The translations under genes and the position numbers were made by a program. From NCBI GenBank assembly GCA_043823065.1, contig JBDRBB010000001.1, positions 64,001 to 128,000 on the forward strand: 64,000 nucleotides of DNA. The letters run 5' to 3'. Below are positions 17,745-25,707 of the stretch, in pieces. Within the stretch, counting starts at the first letter, position 1. Each line of letters opens with the position of its first letter. The notes beneath the pieces are model-generated. The model was not told the DNA's origin. It worked only from the letters and a program-made list of their open reading frames with translations, and did no database searches. Source of the stretch: Pseudomonadota bacterium. GTDB taxonomy: Bacteria > UBA10199 > 2-02-FULL-44-16 > DYJF01.

Positions 17745-18890
17745 ATGAAAAATATATCAATTTTAGGCAGTACTGGTTCCATTGGCACAAATGCTTTGCG
17801 TTTGGTAGCCAAACATCCGGACAAATTTAAGGTTGTTGGTTTAGCCGAAGGTCATGATGTTAATTTATTGGCTCAGCAAATTGAGCAGTTTAAACCCAGT
17901 TTGGTTTCAGTGAGAGATGCCAAAGCAGCAGGGGTGCTTAAAGCGTTAATAAAAAATCATGTTCCAGAAATTGTTTATGGTTTTAAGGGCGCGGCCTTAG
18001 TGGCAGCAATGCCTGAAACTGAAATTGTGTTGTCGGCAATTGTTGGTGCTGCAGGTTTAGTGCCCACTGTTGAAGCTATAAAGAAAGGCAAGACCATAGC
18101 CCTGGCCAACAAAGAAACATTAGTTGCTGGCGGTGCGTTTGTCACCGATTTGGCCAGACAAACTGGTTCAAAGATTTTACCAGTTGATAGTGAGCATAGT
18201 GCGATTTTTCAATCCCTGGTGGGACATCGTGCCCAGGATGTGTTGCGTATTATTTTAACTGCTTCTGGTGGTCCGTTTCGCCGACATAGTCTTCAAGATT
18301 TGGAAAAAGTGACTAAACAAGATGCCTTAAAACATCCCCGTTGGGAAATGGGCGCCAAGATTACCATAGATTCAGCAACTCTAATGAACAAAGGATTGGA
18401 AGTGATTGAAGCGCATTGGCTGTTTAATGTTCCAGCAGAAAAAATTGCAGTAGTGATTCATCCGGAAAGCATTGTTCATTCTATGGTGGAATATGTTGAT
18501 GGTTGTGTCATGGCTGAACTGGGTATGCCAGATATGCAAGCGCCAATTGCCTATGCCTTGGCTTATCCAGAAAGAATTGAAACCAATGTAGAACCTTTGG
18601 ATTTGACCAAAATTAGCACGCTGCAGTTTGAGAAGCCGGATTTAGAAAAATTTCCTGCATTAAGTTTAGCTTATCAAGCCCTGAAGCAGGGGGGAAGCTA
18701 TTCAATAGTTTTGAATGCTGCTAATGAAGTTGCAGTACAGGCGTTTTTAGAAGAAAAAATTAAGTTTAAGAATATTGTTCAAGTTGTGGAAAAAACTATG
18801 GCTGCCCATTCTAGCCGAACCTGTATGAGTGTAGAAGATATTTTGGATGTAGACACCTGGGCTCGTAAGGAGGCGCTAAAAGGCGTATAA
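17745..18890 (+). CDS. dxr: 1-deoxy-D-xylulose-5-phosphate reductoisomerase
   Basis: [20 protein letters not shown] and [13 protein letters not shown] motifs. Confidence 0.97.
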   Translation: MKNISILGSTGSIGTNALRLVAKHPDKFKVVGLAEGHDVNLLAQQIEQFKPSLVSVRDAKAAGVLKALIKNHVPEIVYGFKGAALVAAMPETEIVLSAIVGAAGLVPTVEAIKKGKTIALANKETLVAGGAFVTDLARQTGSKILPVDSEHSAIFQSLVGHRAQDVLRIILTASGGPFRRHSLQDLEKVTKQDALKHPRWEMGAKITIDSATLMNKGLEVIEAHWLFNVPAEKIAVVIHPESIVHSMVEYVDGCVMAELGMPDMQAPIAYALAYPERIETNVEPLDLTKISTLQFEKPDLEKFPALSLAYQALKQGGSYSIVLNAANEVAVQAFLEEKIKFKNIVQVVEKTMAAHSSRTCMSVEDILDVDTWARKEALKGV

Positions 18891-18898
18891 GGAATCAT

Positions 18899-20245
18899 AT
18901 GACTCTAATCTATTTCATAATTGCTCTGGGAATTCTCATTTTTGTTCACGAAGCTGGTCATTTTATTATGGCTAAGAGAGCTGGAGTGTGTGTGCAAGAG
19001 TTTTCTTTTGGTTTTGGTCCGCGCTTGATTGGTTTTAAAAAAGGCGAGACCGACTATCGCATTTGTCTGCTGCCCTTAGGTGGTTATGTGAAAATGTTAG
19101 GAGAAGAACCAACTGAAGAGGGTGCTGATAATCCTCGTTCTTTTGCCAGGAAATCTATTTGGCAAAGAGCATTGATCGTGAGTTTTGGTCCGGTCATGAA
19201 TGTTATTTTTGCCATGTTGGTTATGCCGCTGGTGTTTTTTATTGGTCGTGGCCAGCCTGCTTATTTGCAAGAAGCGCCGGTTCTAGTTGGAGTTAAAGCA
19301 GAATCGCCAGCAGCGCTAGCTGGTCTAAAAAAGGGGGATTTGATCAAAGCCATAGATGCTAAATCAGTTGATACTTGGGAAGAAGTTTTAAATCAGGTGA
19401 TCATTTCCGGGGGTGCTACTTTAGCTCTAACCATTGAACGCGATGCTGATACTTTGTCCAAAAATATTAAGGTAGATAAAAAAGAGGATACCAAAGCCGG
19501 TTATTTGGGCATTGCTCCCATGTATTTTTTTGGAGATGGCGTAGTTGTTGATAGTGTTATGGACGATGGGCCAGCTGCTAAGGCGGGTCTTAAACCGAAT
19601 GATCGTATTGTTAGTGTTAATAATCAGGAAATTAATAACTTTATGGAATTTTCTCCTTTAGTTAATGAGTTGGGAGATAAAAAAATTCGTTTGGGCCTAA
19701 TTAGAGACAATAAAAAAATATTTAAAACCATTCAGCCAGAATATTCTGAAGAAAATAAGAGATGGATGATTGGCATAGCTATGAGCACCCAGATGGATAT
19801 GCCCATGCAGCAAATGCGTTATGGGTTATTGAAGTCCTTTAAATACGGTTTTCTGGAAAATATTAAATTGCTGAAGCTTACCTTTGATGTTTTAAAACGC
19901 CTGATTACTTTTCAGCTATCTTATAAAGTGTTAGGCGGCCCAGTAATGATAGCTAAAGCCTCTGCGGTTGCTGCTGCTTCTGGCTTGACCCACTTTTTAT
20001 ATTTCTTGGCTTTTTTAAGCATGCAACTAGCTATTATTAATCTTTTGCCCATTCCTGTTTTAGATGGCGGACATCTTCTATTTTTAGGAATTGAAAAAAT
20101 CAAAAAAAGTCCAGTTAATCTGAGAGTCCGGCAAACCTTAACTCAAGTTGGTTTTATCCTTTTGATTTCCTTAATCCTGATTATCACCTGGAATGATGTA
20201 AATAATCTGTTTGGTATTAAAGAATGGATAAAAAATCTATTTTAG
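18899..20245 (+). CDS. rseP: Site-2 zinc metalloprotease RseP with two PDZ domains
   Basis: HEAGH and NLLPIPVLDGG motifs. Confidence 0.95.
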   Translation: MTLIYFIIALGILIFVHEAGHFIMAKRAGVCVQEFSFGFGPRLIGFKKGETDYRICLLPLGGYVKMLGEEPTEEGADNPRSFARKSIWQRALIVSFGPVMNVIFAMLVMPLVFFIGRGQPAYLQEAPVLVGVKAESPAALAGLKKGDLIKAIDAKSVDTWEEVLNQVIISGGATLALTIERDADTLSKNIKVDKKEDTKAGYLGIAPMYFFGDGVVVDSVMDDGPAAKAGLKPNDRIVSVNNQEINNFMEFSPLVNELGDKKIRLGLIRDNKKIFKTIQPEYSEENKRWMIGIAMSTQMDMPMQQMRYGLLKSFKYGFLENIKLLKLTFDVLKRLITFQLSYKVLGGPVMIAKASAVAAASGLTHFLYFLAFLSMQLAIINLLPIPVLDGGHLLFLGIEKIKKSPVNLRVRQTLTQVGFILLISLILIITWNDVNNLFGIKEWIKNLF

Positions 20246-20940
20246 CCATCGACACCTCTACTGTTTTTGGTTCAGTAGCTGTTTGTCAAAACAAGGAGTT
20301 GGTTGCGCAAGTGCAACTTGGCGTTAAAGTTACGCATTCTGAGCGTTTGCTGGCTACTATTGAAAGTGTTTTGCAATTTGCCGATATCGATAAACATCAA
20401 TTAGATGCAGTTGCTGTGGCTAGCGGCCCAGGTTCATTTACTGGTTTGCGTATTGGTTTGGCTACAGCTAAAGGCTTGGCTTTGGGCTTAGATATACCCT
20501 TGTATGGCATCTCTTCCTTATTAACACTTGCCTACAATGGTTTGTTTGCCAAAGACATAGTGGTTTCAGTGATAGATGCCAGGCGGCAGGAAGTTTATGC
20601 TGCAGCATATTGTTTTGAACTGGCTCACAAAAATGAGCAGGTAAAATCACTTCTTCCAGAACAAACAATTTCTCCTAAAAATTTAGCTGAAGAACTGAAA
20701 CAATTTTCTGAACCTTTATTGTTTATGGGAGATGGCGCTCAAGTTTATGAACAAGAGTTTAAACGTATTTTAGGAGAGCAAGCTATTTTTTCAAGTTTTG
20801 ATAATCGCTATCCCCAAGCTGCTAATTTGGCGAGCTTAGCCTATGAAAAACTGTGCACAGATGAAAAAGATGATTTAGAAACCCTGAGTCCTAATTATCT
20901 GCGCAAATCAGATGCTGAAATAGGTTTTAAGGGGAAGTAG
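20224..20940 (+). CDS. tsaB: t6A biosynthesis protein TsaB
   Basis: ILAIDTS, GPGSFTGLRIG and DARRQEVY motifs. Confidence 0.95.
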   Translation: MDKKSILAIDTSTVFGSVAVCQNKELVAQVQLGVKVTHSERLLATIESVLQFADIDKHQLDAVAVASGPGSFTGLRIGLATAKGLALGLDIPLYGISSLLTLAYNGLFAKDIVVSVIDARRQEVYAAAYCFELAHKNEQVKSLLPEQTISPKNLAEELKQFSEPLLFMGDGAQVYEQEFKRILGEQAIFSSFDNRYPQAANLASLAYEKLCTDEKDDLETLSPNYLRKSDAEIGFKGK

Positions 20941-20943
20941 TTA

Positions 20944-21032
20944 CGCCCTTCGACCAGCTCAGGGCGAACGAAATGGTGACCGTTCGTGCTGAGTCCTGTC
21001 CTGAGCGAAGTCGAAGGGTTGTCGAAGCATGA
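20944..21032. repeat. REP-like palindrome, family C, with a nested unit
   Basis: CCCTTCGACCAGCTCAGGGCGAACG...CCGTTCGTGCTGAG[TCCTGTCCTGAGCGAAGTCGAAGGG]TTGTCGAAGCATGA. Confidence 0.8.
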
Positions 21033-21046
21033 TTTTTGAGGTTAGC

Positions 21047-22597
21047 ATGAAAATAATTACCATTGATGGTAAATCGCTAAACTTTGCCGATATAGATATT
21101 TTTTTGAAAGAGAAAGTAAGAATCAATATTGCGCATGAAGCTGTTTTGCGCATTAAAAATGCCCGCGAATTTGTAGAAAGTAAATTAGGAGATTCCCAAG
21201 CCATATATGGCGTTAATACTGGTTTTGGCAGGTTGGCTTCAAAAAAAATTTCTACTCAACAACTAGAAGAGCTTCAGCAAAATCTAATTATTTCCCATGC
21301 AGCTGGAGTTGGAGATTATTTTCCAGACAATTTAGCCAGATTAATTATGCTGCTGCGGGCCAATGTTTTAGCTGCTGGTTTTTCTGGAATTAAGCCAGAA
21401 ACTTTAGAATTATTGAAGGAAATTTTAAATAAAGATATTATTCCGCTAATTCCTTGCCAGGGTTCTGTTGGAGCTAGTGGTGATTTAAGCCCGTTAGCTC
21501 ATATTGCTTTGGTATTGTTGGGTATGGGCAAGGTAAAATTTCATGGAAAAATAATGGAAGCTAGCTCAGCCCTAGAAAAAGCGGGTTTGAAGCCCGTCAA
21601 GTTAGCGGCTAAAGAAGGATTAGCCTTAATCAATGGCACACAAGCTATGTGCGCTTTGGGTGCAACTGCTGTGATTAAAGCGCAAAAATTAGTTAAACTG
21701 GCTGATATTGTTGGAGCCTTGTCAATAGAAGGAGACAGGGCCTCGCTTAAACCTTTTGACGAAAGAATCCACAAAATTAGACCACATCCTGGTCAGCTGG
21801 CCACAGCCCAAAATGTTCGGCGTCTTTTGGAAGATTCTGAAATTATTAATTCCCATCTTAAATGTAAAAGAGTGCAAGACCCATATAGCTTTCGCTGTAT
21901 TCCCCAAGTGCACGGTGCTGTTAAGGATAGCATAAAGCATTGCGGCGCAGTAATTGAAAGAGAACTAAACAGTTGTACAGATAATCCTCTGGTTTTTGCA
22001 GATGATGAAGAAATTATTTCAGGTGGTAATTTTCATGGTGAGCCTTTAGCCATGGCCCTGGATTTTTTGACCATTGCCTTAGCTGAGCTAGGCAGTATTT
22101 CAGAAAGAAGGGTGGCAATTTTACTTTCTCCTTTAGAAGAAGAATTGTCGCAAAAATATTTGGTGAACAATTCTGGTCTAAATTCTGGTTTGGCGCCTTT
22201 GCATGTAACTATGGCAGCTTTGGTTTCTGAAAATAAAACTTTAGCTCATCCAGCTAGTGTAGATTCAATTCCTACTTTTGCTGGCCAGGAAGATCATGTT
22301 AGCATGGGACTTTGGGGAGCGCGTAAATCTTTGCAAGTTGCTGAAAACATTGAAAAAATATTAGCAATAGAATTGCTGGCTGCTGCTCAAGCCATAGATT
22401 TGGGGCAAAAAGAGAGTCAAAAACAAAAAACATTGGGAAAGGGTACAAGTCAAGCTTATGAGCTGATTAGAAAAACAGTTTCTTATTTAGAAAAAGATCG
22501 ATTAATTAATATAGATATCCAAAACTGTTTGAAATTAGTTGCTTCGGAAGCAATTTTAACTCTGGTAGAAGCGTCAATTGGTAGCTTGCGTCTTTAA
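21047..22597 (+). CDS. hutH: Histidine ammonia-lyase
   Basis: YGVNTGFG, MIO motif GSVGASGDL, SH specificity pair (IISHAAG) and QDPYSFRC. Confidence 0.93.
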   Translation: MKIITIDGKSLNFADIDIFLKEKVRINIAHEAVLRIKNAREFVESKLGDSQAIYGVNTGFGRLASKKISTQQLEELQQNLIISHAAGVGDYFPDNLARLIMLLRANVLAAGFSGIKPETLELLKEILNKDIIPLIPCQGSVGASGDLSPLAHIALVLLGMGKVKFHGKIMEASSALEKAGLKPVKLAAKEGLALINGTQAMCALGATAVIKAQKLVKLADIVGALSIEGDRASLKPFDERIHKIRPHPGQLATAQNVRRLLEDSEIINSHLKCKRVQDPYSFRCIPQVHGAVKDSIKHCGAVIERELNSCTDNPLVFADDEEIISGGNFHGEPLAMALDFLTIALAELGSISERRVAILLSPLEEELSQKYLVNNSGLNSGLAPLHVTMAALVSENKTLAHPASVDSIPTFAGQEDHVSMGLWGARKSLQVAENIEKILAIELLAAAQAIDLGQKESQKQKTLGKGTSQAYELIRKTVSYLEKDRLINIDIQNCLKLVASEAILTLVEASIGSLRL

Positions 22598-22666
22598 TAA
22601 AAATACTTGAAATGCGGTTTCTTATATGTTCAGTTAGTATTCAAGATTATTATATGGAGGTCAAAT

Positions 22667-22897
22667 ATGGAACAAAGAGATTTGGAATTAATAAAGAAAT
22701 ATTGCTCTTCAGATGAAAAATTGAAGCGTCTATATGATGAACATATAGATTTAGAGAAGAAATTAGAAGATTTAAGCGAAAAGTCTTATCTAACACCTGA
22801 AGAAGAGACAGAAAAGGCTAGATTAAAAAAGGTAAAATTAAAAGGAAGAGATGCCATTGAAGTAATTTTGAGCAAGTATAGGCAGGTAGAAAAATAA
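22667..22897 (+). CDS. DUF465/YdcH-like small coiled-coil protein
   Basis: LYDEHIDLEKKL...LKKVKLKGRD pattern; GGAGG SD. Confidence 0.75.
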   Translation: MEQRDLELIKKYCSSDEKLKRLYDEHIDLEKKLEDLSEKSYLTPEEETEKARLKKVKLKGRDAIEVILSKYRQVEK

Positions 22898-22906
22898 GTA
22901 AAGTCT

Positions 22907-23581
22907 ATGCATAAAATTCCATATCGTCCTAAACCTAAACAAAGGATTGTTACACCAGAAGGCTATCCTTTTATTATTTTAGGGATTATTTTTTTCATTA
23001 TTAGCTATTTATTCCACTGGAATTTAGCAGCTTTTATCTTAGCTGGCCTAACGCTTTTTATCTGTTTCTTTTTTAGAAATCCAAAGCGGCAAACCAAATT
23101 AGCCCAAGATGAAAGTTTAATTTTAGCGCCAGCAGATGGAAAAATTATTGCTATTGAAAGGGTGAGCAAAGATCCAATTTTGGGAGAGCCTGCATTAAAA
23201 ATTTCCACTTTTATGTCGGTTTTTAATTGTCATGTAAATCGTTTGCCAATCACCGGTTTTGCAGAGAAAATAAAATACAATCCTGGTCGATTTTTTGTAG
23301 CTAGTTTGGACAAGGCATCAGAGCAAAATGAGCGCAATGCCTTGTTAATCAAAAATAATCGGGGACAGAAAATGGTAGTAGTGCAAATAGCTGGTTTAAT
23401 CGCCAGGCGGATAGTTTGTTATCTAAAAGAGGGTGCCTGTGTTGTTAAAGGCTCCAGATTAGGATTAATTCGCTTTGGCTCAAGAGTGGATGTTTATTTA
23501 CCTTTGGAGAATATTGAAGTTTTGGTAAAACTAAAAGACAGGGTTAAAGCTGGAAAAACAGTATTGGGGAGATGGCGATGA
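22907..23581 (+). CDS. psd: Phosphatidylserine decarboxylase proenzyme
   Basis: FFFRNP, APADG and IRFGSRVD motifs. Confidence 0.93.
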   Translation: MHKIPYRPKPKQRIVTPEGYPFIILGIIFFIISYLFHWNLAAFILAGLTLFICFFFRNPKRQTKLAQDESLILAPADGKIIAIERVSKDPILGEPALKISTFMSVFNCHVNRLPITGFAEKIKYNPGRFFVASLDKASEQNERNALLIKNNRGQKMVVVQIAGLIARRIVCYLKEGACVVKGSRLGLIRFGSRVDVYLPLENIEVLVKLKDRVKAGKTVLGRWR

Positions 23582-24366
23582 CCAAAAATCGTTTTAGTCG
23601 AGGAGTTTACATTTTACCAAATCTTTGCACCACAGCTAGTTTATTTTGTGGTTTTTTTGCTGTTATAAAGTCTTTAGCTGGTCAACCAGTGGCTGCAGCT
23701 TGGGCTATTTTATTGGCTGGTGTGTTTGATTTGCTGGATGGAAGAGTAGCCAGGCTTACCCATGCTGAAAGCCAGTTTGGTATTGAATATGATTCATTGG
23801 TAGATTTGGCTTCTTTTGGTTTGGCCCCAGGAATTTTAATGTATACTTGGACTTTGTATGGATTAGGTAAAATTGGCTGGCTTGCTGCTTTTCTTTATTT
23901 TGCTTGTGGTGCCATGCGTTTGGCTCGCTATAATTTACAACACAGCACTGTTGAGGATAAACGTTTTCAAGGCCTGCCTATTCCAGTGGCAGCATATGTA
24001 TTGGCCAGTTATGTAAATTTCCATTATTATTTTAATAATCTGGCGCCTAAAGGTAGTCATGTTGTCTTGGCCATGACTGTTGTTTTGTCTTTGCTTATGG
24101 TTTCCAATATTGGCTATTTAAGTTTTAAACAATTTAATTTCAGGCGCAAAGAATCATTTTTTGTCCTGGTGCTTTTTGTGATTGGAATTTTTATTGTAGC
24201 GTTAAGACCAGAAGCCACCATGTTTGTTCTAGTGGTGGGTTATGTGATTTATGGAATTATTGAAGAGTTTTTTAGGATGCGCAAACGTCTGGCTTTATCC
24301 CAACGATTGAGAGAACGCAGGGAAAAAAGGCGTCAAAGAAAACAACTAGCTGTTGTTAACGAATAA
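23578..24366 (+). CDS. pssA: CDP-diacylglycerol--serine O-phosphatidyltransferase
   Basis: DLLDGRVAR...FGIEYDSLVDLASFG motif; ATGA overlap with psd. Confidence 0.93.
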   Translation: MTKNRFSRGVYILPNLCTTASLFCGFFAVIKSLAGQPVAAAWAILLAGVFDLLDGRVARLTHAESQFGIEYDSLVDLASFGLAPGILMYTWTLYGLGKIGWLAAFLYFACGAMRLARYNLQHSTVEDKRFQGLPIPVAAYVLASYVNFHYYFNNLAPKGSHVVLAMTVVLSLLMVSNIGYLSFKQFNFRRKESFFVLVLFVIGIFIVALRPEATMFVLVVGYVIYGIIEEFFRMRKRLALSQRLRERREKRRQRKQLAVVNE

Positions 24367-24368
24367 GC

Positions 24369-24398
24369 TTGTCATTCCCGCTTGCGCGGGAATGACAA
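24369..24398. repeat. REP-like hairpin, family A (minimal)
   Basis: TTGTCATTCCCGC-TTGC-GCGGGAATGACAA. Confidence 0.8.
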
Positions 24399-24411
24399 TA
24401 TTGCTGATCTT

Positions 24412-24687
24412 ATGCAATGTGCGTTTTGTGAAAAACAAATTGAAATTTTGGATAAGGTTGGGCGCCAAGATGTTTGCCCCAATTGTCAGCAAGATTTGCA
24501 TTGCTGCAAGCAATGTCGGTTTTATGATCCAGCAGCATATAATGAATGCCATGAGACTCAGGCTGAGCGGGTTTTAGACAAAGAAAAAGCCAATTTTTGC
24601 GATTATTTTCAATTTGGAAGCAATAAAAAAATAGATAATAATAAAAATGAAACTGTTTCAAAGTTAGAGGCTTTGTTTAAAAAATGA
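24412..24687 (+). CDS. Small Cys-rich putative zinc-binding protein
   Basis: CAFC, CPNC, CKQC and NFCDYF motifs; ATGA overlap with asd. Confidence 0.75.
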   Translation: MQCAFCEKQIEILDKVGRQDVCPNCQQDLHCCKQCRFYDPAAYNECHETQAERVLDKEKANFCDYFQFGSNKKIDNNKNETVSKLEALFKK

Positions 24688-25706
24688 CTCAAAAAAAATA
24701 TAACATAGCAATAGTAGGCGCCACCGGAGCGGTGGGGCAGGAGATGATCAATATTTTGGATGAGCGCAAATTTCCTGTTGGCGATCTTTTCCCTTTGGCT
24801 TCGGAAAATTCGTTGGGTAAGACAGTTAGTTTTCGGGGCCAGGATTTGCGCGTAGATATTCCTGGTGAAGAAGTTTTTAAAAAAACAGATATTGCTTTGT
24901 TCTCTGCTGGGAATGCTATCAGTCAAGAGTATGCGCCAATTGCTGCAGGTTGCCATGCTGTGGTCATTGATAATTCCAGTGCTTTTCGAATGGAGCCAGA
25001 CATCCCTTTGGTTGTGCCTGAAGTTAATCCAGATGAAATTAAAAATTATAAAAATCGCGGTATTATTGCTAATCCCAACTGCTCCACTATTCAGTTAGTA
25101 GTGGTTTTAAATCCTTTGCATCAGCGCTACAGCCTGAAACGCGCAGTGGTAGCTACCTATCAATCCACATCAGGCGCTGGATCCGAAGCTATGGATGAGT
25201 TATCAGCTCAAACCTTGGCGTTGTTTTCAAATAAGGAAATTAAAAATAGTGTGTTTAAACACCGTATTGCTTTTAATTTAATTCCCCAAATTGATGTGTT
25301 TTTGGCTGATGGTTCAACCAAAGAAGAAGCCAAGCTGGTTAATGAAACCAAGAAAATTTTGGGGGATAAAAATATTTTAGTAACTGCCACGGCTGTGCGA
25401 GTGCCGGTTTTTTATAGTCATTCCGAGGCAGTTAATCTGGAATTCAATACTAAAATAAATATTGAAGAGGTGCGTAAAATATTAAGCAATGCACCAGGTG
25501 TAACTGTTATGGATGATCCAAGTAATTTTGAATATCCCATGCCGGTTTTTACTTCAGGCAAAGATGATGTTTATGTAGGACGAATTAGGCGAGATGAAAC
25601 CATAGCAAATGGATTGAATCTTTGGGTGGTTGCTGATAATCTACGCAAAGGAGCAGCATTAAATGCCGTACAAATAGCTGAAAGATTAATAGCCGAACAC
25701 CTTTAA
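24684..25706 (+). CDS. asd: Aspartate-semialdehyde dehydrogenase
   Basis: VGATGAVG, NPNCSTIQ and DNLRKGAALNAVQIAE motifs. Confidence 0.97.
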   Translation: MTQKKYNIAIVGATGAVGQEMINILDERKFPVGDLFPLASENSLGKTVSFRGQDLRVDIPGEEVFKKTDIALFSAGNAISQEYAPIAAGCHAVVIDNSSAFRMEPDIPLVVPEVNPDEIKNYKNRGIIANPNCSTIQLVVVLNPLHQRYSLKRAVVATYQSTSGAGSEAMDELSAQTLALFSNKEIKNSVFKHRIAFNLIPQIDVFLADGSTKEEAKLVNETKKILGDKNILVTATAVRVPVFYSHSEAVNLEFNTKINIEEVRKILSNAPGVTVMDDPSNFEYPMPVFTSGKDDVYVGRIRRDETIANGLNLWVVADNLRKGAALNAVQIAERLIAEHL

Positions 25707-25707
25707 T

